29,581 bases of DNA. Source: an uncultured bacterium (GTDB taxonomy: Bacteria; Chloroflexota; UBA5177; JANWHV01). The stretch covers positions 1 to 29,581 of the forward strand of contig CAVSOU010000012.1 of the NCBI GenBank assembly GCA_963729625.1, given 5' to 3'. This document shows, in pieces, positions 9,204-18,427 of this stretch; the first letter of the stretch is position 1, and each line of letters opens with the position of its first letter. Both the position numbers and the translations under genes were made by a program. The notes under the pieces were generated by a model. That model did no database searches, was not told the origin of the DNA, and saw nothing but the letters and a program-made list of their open reading frames with translations.

Positions 9204-10373
9204 TCAATCCGGCCCTGGAATCGACGACACCGATCTCCGATACTCCCATCCGCGTCGAAACAACGGGATGTAATTGGCGGGACTGTAGGGATGGAGCGCG
9301 ATTTCGTCGTAGTTGAGATCGGTACCCCAACCAGGACGATCCGAAGAGACGCTGATGTATCCGTCGATAACCTGCACCGGGTTGGTGAGCACCCGACCCG
9401 ACCATTCGTCGTTGAAGTCGTCGAATATCTCATGGATGAAGAAATTCGGCGTCGCCGTATTGAGATGGGCCGCAGCCACGGAGCACAGCGGACCCTGCGC
9501 GCTGTGCGGCGCGGTGACGCCGCCGTACGCGTGCACCATTCCCGCGACCGTGCGCGCGTTCGTCATACCGAGGAACTGAGGCTCGAGCTGGATAATGTTC
9601 ACGGCATTGTGCTGGAGCAATTCGGCAAACTGCTCGGGACAATAGTAGTCCTCGCCGCACGCGATGGGCACGGGGCTGCGCTTCGCCACCTCGACCATCG
9701 CGGACACCCGCTGCGGAGCGACGGGCGCTTCAAACCAGGTCGGCATGTAGCCTGCCATGGCCTCCGCGAACTGAATCGCCGTGTGCACGCTGAATCGATT
9801 GTGGCCTTCGACAAGCACGTCGACATCGGGACCCACCGCGTCGCGCACCGCAGCGATTATCTCCAGAGCCAATGCGAAGTCTTTTGGCTCGACTGCCCGC
9901 CAGGAATCACCAAACGGATCGAACTTCAAGGCCGTGTAGCCCCGTGCCACGGTGGCCTTCGCCTTGTCGTAGAAGCTTCGGGGCTCCCGAGGTCCGCGGT
10001 ACCAGCCATTCGCGTAGACGCGGAGCCGCTCATGGCAGCGACCGCCCAGCAGTCTGTAGACCGGTTGCCCGGTCACCTTACCCATAATGTCCCAGCATGC
10101 ATACTCGATGCCTGCCAGAGCAGCGCCGTGGATCTGTCCGCCGTCGGAGAACACGTCTCGAAACATCCGGAGCGTGTGCTCCTGCACGTCGAACGGATCG
10201 CGGCCGAGCACATGTTGCTTGAGCTCGTGCACCGCCGCCTCGGCCGTCTTTGCAAAGCCGTTGAGCGTCGCCTCGCCGATTCCATGCACGCCTTCGTCCG
10301 TGTCAACTCGTGTGAAGACCCAATTCTTCCAGCTATTGCCGGCAATGTACGTTCGAATATCGACGATTTTCAC
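9204..10373 (-). CDS. Mandelate racemase/enolase superfamily sugar-acid dehydratase (gluconate/galactonate dehydratase-like)
   Basis: TDEGVHGIGEA, WDIMGK, YANGWY and KFDPFG; metal/acid-base positions LVEGH, WFEAP and GED; PHSAQGP and PGWG. GTG start at 10373 with RBS GGGAGG (ORF open from 10406). Confidence 0.92.
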   Translation of the reverse strand: MKIVDIRTYIAGNSWKNWVFTRVDTDEGVHGIGEATLNGFAKTAEAAVHELKQHVLGRDPFDVQEHTLRMFRDVFSDGGQIHGAALAGIEYACWDIMGKVTGQPVYRLLGGRCHERLRVYANGWYRGPREPRSFYDKAKATVARGYTALKFDPFGDSWRAVEPKDFALALEIIAAVRDAVGPDVDVLVEGHNRFSVHTAIQFAEAMAGYMPTWFEAPVAPQRVSAMVEVAKRSPVPIACGEDYYCPEQFAELLQHNAVNIIQLEPQFLGMTNARTVAGMVHAYGGVTAPHSAQGPLCSVAAAHLNTATPNFFIHEIFDDFNDEWSGRVLTNPVQVIDGYISVSSDRPGWGTDLNYDEIALHPYSPANYIPLFRRGWEYRRSVSSIPGPD

Positions 10374-10426
10374 GTGCGCCTCCCTGATTTCCTGTGACCA
10401 CACCACGCTGAAGATATTGCGTGCGC

Positions 10427-11068
10427 CTAGAGTTCGCGCACTGCGTCGACCAGCGAGCGCGCGCGCTCCGACAGCGCACGCCAGTCGCGCCGCTCGACCA
10501 CGTCCCTGTCGACAAGGTTACCGCCTACGGCGACGGCTGCCGCTCCCGCGCGAACAAACGCTGCAACATTGTCTTGATCCACTCCCCCAGTCGCCATCAA
10601 CAGGATATGGGGCAACGGCGCCAGAATATCCGCGATGTACTGAGGTCCAAGCGCGCGTGCAGGGAAGACCTTGACCAAGCTGGCCCCCGACCGCCATGCG
10701 GTCACGATTTCGGTCGGCGTAAGCGCGCCCGGTATCGCCAGCGCTCCTCCGCGCAACGCTTCCGCGACGACCTCGGGATTGAAGTCCGGCGCCACAACCA
10801 GCTGAGCGCCGGCGGCCGTACATCGTCGTGCATCCGCGGCATCGAGCACGGTCCCGGCGCCGATCAGCGCGCGATCGCCGAAACGCGCCCGGCACGCCGA
10901 TATGGCGTCGAGTGCTCCAGGTGTGGTCAGAGTGAACTCTATCGTCCGCAGTCCGCCGTCGACCAGCGCCTCAGCGATCTCGACCAGAGGTGACTCTCGA
11001 GCAAGTCTGACAATGGCGACAATCCGCGAGGCGAGCGCTCGTCCTACCAAGTCGTGACTGGCTTGCAC
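10427..11068 (-). CDS. eda: KDPG/KHG aldolase (2-dehydro-3-deoxy-phosphogluconate aldolase family)
   Basis: IEFTLTTP, IGAGTVL, PGALTPTEI, Schiff-base VKVFPA and TGGV. RBS GGAGG. Confidence 0.93.
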   Translation of the reverse strand: MQASHDLVGRALASRIVAIVRLARESPLVEIAEALVDGGLRTIEFTLTTPGALDAISACRARFGDRALIGAGTVLDAADARRCTAAGAQLVVAPDFNPEVVAEALRGGALAIPGALTPTEIVTAWRSGASLVKVFPARALGPQYIADILAPLPHILLMATGGVDQDNVAAFVRAGAAAVAVGGNLVDRDVVERRDWRALSERARSLVDAVREL

Positions 11069-11173
11069 GGTGACCTCCGTAATTCACGTGCGCCGGCGCC
11101 GGGGCACGGCATATGTCCATCGTTGCTCGCACACTGGTGCGATCGTACATCATCGACCCACTCGAGCCCGGGC

Positions 11174-12151
11174 CTAGAGTGCGGCGGCACGCGTCCCCGT
11201 GCCCGGGCCGGCGTTGTGCCGGAGATACGTTTGCACAACATCCCAGGTCGGCAGATTCTCGTAATCGCCCAGATGTGAAACGGCAAAGCCTCCCATTATG
11301 GCGCCAATCTGGGCCGCATCGACGCGCGACATTCCACGAAGCCTCCCGGCAAGGTATCCGGAATCGAACGCATCGCCGGCGCCTGTCGGATCGACTTCCG
11401 GGCCCACGGTCACCGGGGGCACTCCGACCAGGTGACCCGCACGCGAGACGACTATTGCGCCTCGCGCGCCGTCCTTGAATACGATCTCGTCAACCGCGAA
11501 CTCCTCGCGAAGGCGCGAGGCCAGGGTAATCGGTTCATCCTCGTCCAGCAGAAGGCGCATTTCGTGCAGACCGGCAAGCACGATGTCGGCCTCGTGAAGC
11601 AGCGGAAGCAGCGTCTCGCGCGCGTGCTCGATCGTGGTCAAGCGGAGGCGCAGATTCGGATCGAAGCTGATTCGAATTGGCCGCTGGCGAGCGAGCGCGA
11701 TGGCCTGGCGGACCGCATCCCGGCACTCGGAACTCAGGATCGGTGTTATGCCCGTACAGTGCAGGATTCGGGCGCCGTCAAAAAGGCCGGCGCTCAAGTC
11801 GGAGGGGCAAAGACGACTGGCGGCTGACCCTCGTCTGTAGTAGTACGGTACTGGAGGCAGACCCGGGACGCGCTCGCGAAAAAAGACCCCTGTCGGCGCC
11901 GCGGGATCAATCGTCACATGCGAGATATCCAGACCCTCCTCCGCCAGAGCACGCAGCAGAAAGGTGCCGAACGGATCGCTGCCCAGGCGGGATATCCAGG
12001 CCACGCTGTGACCCAACCGTACCAGGCCAATTGCCAAATTCGATTCAGCCCCCGCGTGGGTCATCGAGAACTGGGACACCGAGTCCAGGGATCCATCGGA
12101 GGTCGGCACGAACAATACCATGGTTTCCCCAAGTGTGACGACTTCGGCCAT
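11174..12151 (-). CDS. kdgK: PfkB-family sugar kinase, 2-keto-3-deoxygluconate kinase type
   Basis: AGAESNLAIGLVRLG, YYRRGSAAS, FDPNLR and DPTGAGDAF. Adjacent to eda. Confidence 0.88.
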   Translation of the reverse strand: MAEVVTLGETMVLFVPTSDGSLDSVSQFSMTHAGAESNLAIGLVRLGHSVAWISRLGSDPFGTFLLRALAEEGLDISHVTIDPAAPTGVFFRERVPGLPPVPYYYRRGSAASRLCPSDLSAGLFDGARILHCTGITPILSSECRDAVRQAIALARQRPIRISFDPNLRLRLTTIEHARETLLPLLHEADIVLAGLHEMRLLLDEDEPITLASRLREEFAVDEIVFKDGARGAIVVSRAGHLVGVPPVTVGPEVDPTGAGDAFDSGYLAGRLRGMSRVDAAQIGAIMGGFAVSHLGDYENLPTWDVVQTYLRHNAGPGTGTRAAAL

Positions 12152-12288
12152 CGACCCGATCCCTTTTCAGGCTTGAACACCGGGCTCGCACTGTTGCCCT
12201 GAAATACTATACATGCGGAACACTCCTGATACGCTAAGCATCGGGACGACCGCGACGTACGTCGCGCCACGCACAGGTTGGAGATGCA

Positions 12289-13590
12289 ATGCCCGGTCGG
12301 GCGAAAGGCAAGCAGACGCTTCGCGAGGCATCCAGGCACGCGCACGCCTACATTCAGAGCTTTAGCGGTCTGAGCGGCAACGCGCGGAATCTGGTCGTTT
12401 CCGCGATGCTGATGTGGGTTGGCATAGGCATATCCGGCGTGCTTTTCAACCTGTATCTCGTAGCCCTTGGGTTCAATATCGCGTTCGTCGGCCTTCTGGC
12501 CGCGGTATCGACGGTCGGCCAGGCATCCGTGTCCCCGATCATGGCTCGTCTTCTGCGGCGGTGGACTGCGCAGACCGTGATGACCGCGGCCACGAGCCTG
12601 GCAGCCTTCGCGACGGTCATAACGGCGATCGTGACGAATGCCGTCCCGCTGCTCTTTGCTGTCGTGCTGCAGGGAGCGGCGATTGCCGCGGCCTCGATTC
12701 CTTCCGCGCCGTTCCTTATGGAGCACTCGACGGTCGAGCAGCGCACACACGTCTTCTCGGCGTACGTCGCCGCCACCACCTTCGGCTCGATGGCGGGTTC
12801 GCTGATCAGCGGGTTGATTCCGGCGGTCTGCGGCCTCATCCCGTTCTTCCCAGGCTCAGCAGTAGCGCAGGATCGGCTCGGCCTGTTGGTGGGCGCCCTG
12901 GTCACCGCCCTGGGGGTTCTACCCCTGCTGCGGATCGCCGACGCGCGCGTCGCGGACGGGGTTGCAGGCACTCCAGTCGCGCTGTCTGCGGTTGTCGACA
13001 CCGATCAGGACCAGGCACGCGGCGACGTGATCGCAATGATGGTGGCGAGCGCGTTCATTGCGCTTTCTCTGGGCGTTATCTATCCGCTCTTTAACGTGTA
13101 CTTCGCGACCGTGCATCACGCCAGCACTGCGACAATCGGTGTGCTGTACGCGGTGTCCGGCGTTGTCTGTACGGTCGCGGTGCTGCTCGGACCGATCGCC
13201 GCCCGCTTGGGCGCGCTCCGATGGATTGTCCTGGGTCGCCTCGTGACCGCGCCCCTTCTCCTCGTGTTCTGGACTCATCCTGGACTGGCGATCGCATTCA
13301 CCGCCTACATTTGCCGGAACATCTTCGGTCAGATCACGGGCGTGCACGAGAATACGTTCTCAATGGAAATCGTTCCGGCACGTCTCAGAGGCGCCGTCGC
13401 AAGCTGGCGAACGTTCTCCTTCAACGTAGGCTGGACGGCTGGCGCGCTCATCGCCGGCGTGGTAGTTGCGAGGTACGGATTCGATCCAGTGTTCGTTGCA
13501 AGCACGATCCTTACGCTCGCCGGCGTGGCCACATGGTACTGTCGCTTCGGGCGCAAGGCGGCGCGGAAGCGCTTTCCGCTGCACACATGA
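12289..13590 (+). CDS. Major facilitator superfamily transporter
   Basis: About 12 hydrophobic helices in two halves. LFNLYL, PFLMEHS...RTHVFS and MEIVPARLRG are typical of MFS_1. Confidence 0.9.
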   Translation: MPGRAKGKQTLREASRHAHAYIQSFSGLSGNARNLVVSAMLMWVGIGISGVLFNLYLVALGFNIAFVGLLAAVSTVGQASVSPIMARLLRRWTAQTVMTAATSLAAFATVITAIVTNAVPLLFAVVLQGAAIAAASIPSAPFLMEHSTVEQRTHVFSAYVAATTFGSMAGSLISGLIPAVCGLIPFFPGSAVAQDRLGLLVGALVTALGVLPLLRIADARVADGVAGTPVALSAVVDTDQDQARGDVIAMMVASAFIALSLGVIYPLFNVYFATVHHASTATIGVLYAVSGVVCTVAVLLGPIAARLGALRWIVLGRLVTAPLLLVFWTHPGLAIAFTAYICRNIFGQITGVHENTFSMEIVPARLRGAVASWRTFSFNVGWTAGALIAGVVVARYGFDPVFVASTILTLAGVATWYCRFGRKAARKRFPLHT

Positions 13591-13791
13591 ATGCCGGCAT
13601 TCCCCGCTTGAGGGCGGACTCGTGCCTGATCCGCACCGGCGGCCTGGCGCCTTTGCCGGAGCCACGGTGGAATCTGCGCGCGCGGGGCGGGCCCTGGGAC
13701 CGCCGGGGACCCGCGTGCGGATGTCTTGCCCGCCTCGGTCCGCACACCATAGTGCCTCGGCCGGATCCGCAGTTTCCGCCTCAGCCTCAAT

Positions 13792-15150
13792 TCAGGTCAC
13801 CAGGAATTCGTCGAATTGCAGGTTGCGCCTGCCTGGAGACGGCATCCAATCGACATACTCGGCCACGATCGGCGACCAGTATGGGCGGGCATATTCGTAC
13901 ACGAACGCGTCGTCGACCTCCTCAGACTCCACGATCCCGGCGGCAGGATTCTCGAGCATCCAGGCCATTCCCGCGACGGCGCTGGACACCACTTGCAGGC
14001 TCGTGGCATTGTTGAGATTCGCCATCTTGCGGGCTTTTCCGATCGAAAGCTCGGATCCGAGCCAAAGGCTGGGATACGTGCCGCTGATGAGGAACACGCC
14101 CAGCTCGTCGATCCCGCTGCCTATCTCGTCCCTCAGGATCCGCTGTGACGCGATAGCCGGACACTCGACGTCGCGCAGTAGAGCAAGCGAGGCGACGGCT
14201 TCGTCACATGGGTGATAGGCGTAGTAGCACGTCGGCCGGTAGCGCACGCCGAGATCATCGCGAAAGGTCAGGTAGTCGGCGAGTGAAATCGCTTCGTTGT
14301 GCGTTATGAGATAGGCGTGGAAGTCCAGAAAGTTTGGGCTCCAGGATTTGACCCTCAGGGTGAAGCTGGGCTGGTCGATGGCTATGGCTGCCTGGCAGCC
14401 GTGCGCGTGAGTGAGCGCCTTCGCCGGGAGCTCAGCCTCATGAGTCCCCCATCCCAACTCAGCCGGCTGCAGGCACTCGGTGACGAACCCATCGATCGAC
14501 CATGTGTTGACGAACTCACCATGTGCACGAGCAATCGTTCCCCTCTGAGTGTCGCGCTCCGCGACCTGGATGACCCGCACGTCGAGATCCCGTGCCAGCG
14601 CCGCCCAATCACGCTGCGACGACAGGTCGCGACGCGACACGCCGTAGCGGCAGGCCATCTCGCGCAGCGCCCGCTTCACCAGAACCGAAACAAATCCAGG
14701 GTTCGCGCCGTGCCCCACGAGGGCGGTTGGTTTGCCGGCCGATGTCTCTTTCAACGCGCGAATATCTTCACGCAAATCGTAGTTGCTCGTCGAGATGCCC
14801 CGTGCAACGTGATCGTAGGACCAGGGGTCGATGCACGTGTCGAGATAGTACGCCCCGCGCGATTGCGCAAACTGGACCAGGTCGTGGCTGGAAATCGAGG
14901 TCGCCAGGTTTACCAGAAAGTCGCCCTCATGGACTAGCGGGTCGAGAATAATGCGATAGTTGTCGCGGAGTATGTGCGCTTCAACTGTGTGCAGATCGTA
15001 TTGTCGCGCCAGAGACACTCTGGCTTCGTTCATCGACCGCTCGACGAGCCACACGGCCCTTTCGCCGAAGTGCTTCTTCACGAGCGGCACGATGGCCTGA
15101 CCGATGCTGCCGAAACCAAGCACGACAATATTCTTCCGCGCTTCTGTCAA
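13792..15150 (-). CDS. hss: Homospermidine synthase
   Basis: Rossmann GFGSIGQ, YLDTCIDPW, HGANPGFVS, AERDTQ, FVNTWSIDGFVTE, QPAELGWGTHE, THNEAISLAD, YRPTCYYAYHPC, GIDELGV and NATSLQV. TTG start at 15150 with RBS GAGGT is preferred over the ORF start at 15336. Confidence 0.92.
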   Translation of the reverse strand: MTEARKNIVVLGFGSIGQAIVPLVKKHFGERAVWLVERSMNEARVSLARQYDLHTVEAHILRDNYRIILDPLVHEGDFLVNLATSISSHDLVQFAQSRGAYYLDTCIDPWSYDHVARGISTSNYDLREDIRALKETSAGKPTALVGHGANPGFVSVLVKRALREMACRYGVSRRDLSSQRDWAALARDLDVRVIQVAERDTQRGTIARAHGEFVNTWSIDGFVTECLQPAELGWGTHEAELPAKALTHAHGCQAAIAIDQPSFTLRVKSWSPNFLDFHAYLITHNEAISLADYLTFRDDLGVRYRPTCYYAYHPCDEAVASLALLRDVECPAIASQRILRDEIGSGIDELGVFLISGTYPSLWLGSELSIGKARKMANLNNATSLQVVSSAVAGMAWMLENPAAGIVESEEVDDAFVYEYARPYWSPIVAEYVDWMPSPGRRNLQFDEFLVT

Positions 15151-15386
15151 TTCGTGTACCTCACAGTCATGTCCGAAAGCCGTGGCCTGTGCACCGGCTG
15201 TTGCTGCTATTCTACTTCTGGGCAGGCAAGACGAAACCATCGCGGAAGCGCCCGAAGGCTCGCCTGCGACGCACGCGAATGGCGCGAGATGCTTGACCCG
15301 AAAGGCTTCGATAGAGTGGCACGGCGACTCGAGCACAGATCGGCGCTATCGATTCATCGATCATAGCTTCCATGGAGGATACGCAC

Positions 15387-16784
15387 ATGGCGACCCAGCA
15401 GGCCAGCAATGACGCTGCCTCGTCTGTTTGCCGAGCAGTCGAGGCCGCCGGCAAGGCGGCGGCCTATCGGACATCGATGCGCCGAAAGCATTTCGACACA
15501 ATTGCCGTGCACGGTATCTACAGCATGGAGGAGGCACTGGCAAATCAGGGCAGCATTATCGAGCCGGCGCACATGAGCACATCCCAGCACTTCGAAGACA
15601 GCGCGATCATGGAGGAGGCGCTGGCCTATCGAATCCCGGGATGGATCTATAGCCGGGTCGCGAATCCGACGGTGCACTATCTCGAGGAGACGCTCGCCCT
15701 GCTCGAAGGTTACGGATACGAGGGGGAGACCAGCGCATGTGCGACGGCCTCCGGTATGGCCGCGGTATGGATGGCTACCAGCCCATTTCTGCGGAGATTG
15801 GGGACGGCGGGGGATCGGCGCCAGAACGTCGTCGCGAGCTCACGATGTTACGGCGGCACGTTCATGCTCTTCCACGAGCGCTACGGTGTCGAGCAAGGAG
15901 TCGACGTGCGATGGGTACGAGACCCGCTCGACCTCTCGGAGTGGGCGAGCAAGATCGACTCGGAGACTCGGTTTGTGTTCGGCGAGTCGCCGAGCAACCC
16001 TGGGCTGTCGATGTTCGACATCGCCACGGTAGCGCGACTGGCTCACGAGCGGGGAACACCGCTGATCGTAGACTCCACAGTGGCTACACCTGCCCTGCTT
16101 CGGCCGCTGTGCCACGGCGCGGACATCGTCGTCCACTCGCTGAGCAAGTGCATTGCCGCCAGCGGTCTGGCTATCGCCGGCGTCGTGATCGCGCGTCATG
16201 GCATTGTGAGCGAAGTATTGCCGGATGACATGCGCGCCAACTTCGCCACAACCTGTAAGCTGCAGACATTCCGCGATCACGGACCCGCGCTCAGTCCGCT
16301 CAGCGCGCTGATGATTCTCAGCGACCTGCGCACGCTGAGACACCGCGTCGACAACTTCAGCCGGAACGCGATGGAAGTGGCGGCGTTTCTTGAGCACCAC
16401 CCAGGCGTCGCCAGTGTCGTCTACCCGGGAGCAGAGAGTGCTCCAATGCACGAGCTTGCGCGCGCCTCGCTCTGGCTCGTGGACGGCGACCAGTGCGGTG
16501 TGCCGGTCAATCGATACAGCCACCTTCTCAGCTTCAGGACGCGTGGCGGCTCGGCGGCGGCGCGTGCAGTGCTGGACGCCCTGCGGCTGATCTGGCACGG
16601 GACGGATCTTGGGCGAATAAAGAGCGTGGCCACGATTCCGGCTATCTCAACCCACCAGCAGCAGGGCGAGGCGGGACGCGTTCTGGCCAGTATCCCGGAC
16701 AACCTGATACGCCTCAGCGTGGGAGGCGAGGATCCGCGGGACTTGATCGAAGACCTCGACCGGGCACTGAGCGCATCCCGGTAG
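15387..16784 (+). CDS. PLP-dependent trans-sulfuration enzyme (O-acyl-homoserine sulfhydrylase / cystathionine gamma-synthase family)
   Basis: YSRVANPT, SGMAA, YGGT, ESPSNP, VDST, PLP lysine in HSLSK, and LIRLSVG. ATG at 15387 follows GGAGG. Confidence 0.92.
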   Translation: MATQQASNDAASSVCRAVEAAGKAAAYRTSMRRKHFDTIAVHGIYSMEEALANQGSIIEPAHMSTSQHFEDSAIMEEALAYRIPGWIYSRVANPTVHYLEETLALLEGYGYEGETSACATASGMAAVWMATSPFLRRLGTAGDRRQNVVASSRCYGGTFMLFHERYGVEQGVDVRWVRDPLDLSEWASKIDSETRFVFGESPSNPGLSMFDIATVARLAHERGTPLIVDSTVATPALLRPLCHGADIVVHSLSKCIAASGLAIAGVVIARHGIVSEVLPDDMRANFATTCKLQTFRDHGPALSPLSALMILSDLRTLRHRVDNFSRNAMEVAAFLEHHPGVASVVYPGAESAPMHELARASLWLVDGDQCGVPVNRYSHLLSFRTRGGSAAARAVLDALRLIWHGTDLGRIKSVATIPAISTHQQQGEAGRVLASIPDNLIRLSVGGEDPRDLIEDLDRALSASR

Positions 16785-16800
16785 GCAAATGTAGACGCGG

Positions 16801-16839
16801 CGCCGCTCTCCCCAGGCGCCGCGCCGGGAGAGAGCGGTG
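16801..16839. terminator. Imperfect hairpin between convergent genes
   Basis: CCGCTCTC (16803-16810) / GAGAGCGG (16830-16837) plus an inner GGCG/CGCC pair, in the 69-nt gap between two stop codons. Confidence 0.5.
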
Positions 16840-16853
16840 GCAGGCGCGACGAG

Positions 16854-18059
16854 CTACAGCGCGGCGGCAGAGACTACTGCGCGCGTAAAGCGTTCTGGGA
16901 CCCGAACAGGCAACACGTCGACAAGGTCATAGAAGCGGGAGCCGTTGCCAAGGGCCTCACTGTAGCGAACGACTGAATACGGATCCTTGTACGGACCGTG
17001 CAGGACCTGAAACGGATGCAGCGGTCCGTGTGACCGGTGCGTCGGGGAATCGGAGCACACGTGCGCCTCCATGCAGAGCGGCATGTTCTCCTTGAACAGT
17101 GGCAACGGTGCGATAGCGTCCAGCGTGGCCTCATCGATAGCAACGATATCGTCGGAGCCGAATACGCCCACGTCAGGGAGCACAGGCAGGCCGGTAAACC
17201 CGAAGCAATCGCATACGGCCGTCATGTGCGTGGCGAGGTTGATGAAGACTCGCTTCTCCGGCGCGAATGTGTCGAGGCAGAGCTTCACCGCGATCGCGTT
17301 GGCCTCCTGGAATGCCAGGAAATTCTCCGGCTGAATTCGCAGACTGCCGGCAGGCGCCGTCGCCAGGCAACGCCCGCATTGATTGCACTGCTCGGCGTGA
17401 AGATGCAGATTCGCGGCGTTGTCGCGATCGACGGACAAGCCCTCGACCGGGCACGTGTCGACGATAGCTTGCAGTAGCGCCGGGTCGTTTGGAGCACGAT
17501 CGGCGAACCAATACTGATCGAAATGCATGGTGTCGTGCATCTGCCCTCGCGTGGCCCACATGTAGGCTCCGAGTGCGATGTTCTTGTGCGCGGCGCCAAA
17601 GCTGGTCGCTGGATGGCCCTTGACGTGCGCCAGGTCGACCAGGAACGACGCTTCGGCTATGGCCCTGCCCATTCGCCACTCACGCATGTTCTTGAACGGG
17701 TAGTCGTGCGCAACGTAGTCATCTTCGTCGGCGCCGCCGGTCGGCACCAAGGGACAGCCTATAGTCTCCTGCGTATACCCGCGGCTGGCCGCGGTGGCCA
17801 CGGCCGAGTTGGTGTCGCAAACAAACGGGTCACCGCCACCGGCTCTCACCGCCTGCACCACTTTGCGCACGAACACGGGGTGAACGGTCGAATAGCCGAT
17901 GTTCCCGCCAAGGTGCATCTTGATGCAGACGCGCTCGCCGCGCACACGTTCTCGCAGCCGCAGCGCATCGAGAATGAGATCGAGTTTTGCCGGGAGGGTC
18001 TCGCGGGCGTCGAGCATTGCCTGGCGCGCGCTACCGAAATACACGGGTTGAGCTGCCAT
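16854..18059 (-). CDS. DUF362-family iron-sulfur protein
   Basis: IKMHLG, HPVFVRKVV, HVKGH, FGAAHKNIALG, ferredoxin-like CP...CNQCGRC, CDC and SDDIVAIDEATLD. RBS AAGGA. Confidence 0.85.
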   Translation of the reverse strand: MAAQPVYFGSARQAMLDARETLPAKLDLILDALRLRERVRGERVCIKMHLGGNIGYSTVHPVFVRKVVQAVRAGGGDPFVCDTNSAVATAASRGYTQETIGCPLVPTGGADEDDYVAHDYPFKNMREWRMGRAIAEASFLVDLAHVKGHPATSFGAAHKNIALGAYMWATRGQMHDTMHFDQYWFADRAPNDPALLQAIVDTCPVEGLSVDRDNAANLHLHAEQCNQCGRCLATAPAGSLRIQPENFLAFQEANAIAVKLCLDTFAPEKRVFINLATHMTAVCDCFGFTGLPVLPDVGVFGSDDIVAIDEATLDAIAPLPLFKENMPLCMEAHVCSDSPTHRSHGPLHPFQVLHGPYKDPYSVVRYSEALGNGSRFYDLVDVLPVRVPERFTRAVVSAAAL

Positions 18060-18427
18060 ACTAATCCTTCTCTTGCTATCCCTCGCGCTCAGTCCTGGGC
18101 TCGGTTACTATCCGCGCTCATTGTACACATGGTCGCTTGGGATCGTGTTCCATCGCGCCACGCGCGTCAGCAGCCGTCGACGGAACCACGGAAGGTCCCC
18201 GCGGACGGCCGGCCGAAAGGCGATGCGCGCGAGACGCTCGAGGGACTGTTAACCGTCACGGTCCCAGCGTCGATGGCCGGCGTGGAACGACCCGTTCGCA
18301 CGTTATCCAGGCAACGTGACATATCCCGGATCTCATTACAGAAGAATCCATGAGACAATAAGATGAAGTCACTGCGAGCAGCGCGGCAGTGGACGGCCCG
18401 GGAGAGCGACATGCGTCTTGACGTTCG

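Noticed and set aside
9186-10397. 403-aa antisense ORF opposite the dehydratase
   Set aside because: Mirror-frame artefact coextensive with a well-supported gene.
12152-12288. Possible third operator or promoter between kdgK and the MFS gene (GCTAAGCA; TATAGT on the minus strand)
   Set aside because: Lacks the ATTTG/CAAAT arms and has no acceptable -35; too weak to call.
15151-15336. 62-aa N-terminal extension of homospermidine synthase
   Set aside because: No family similarity; a better RBS precedes the TTG at 15150.
15151-15386. SAM riboswitch or T-box upstream of the sulfhydrylase
   Set aside because: Expected from function, but SAM-I core elements and a T-box motif were not recognisable; a covariance search would be needed.
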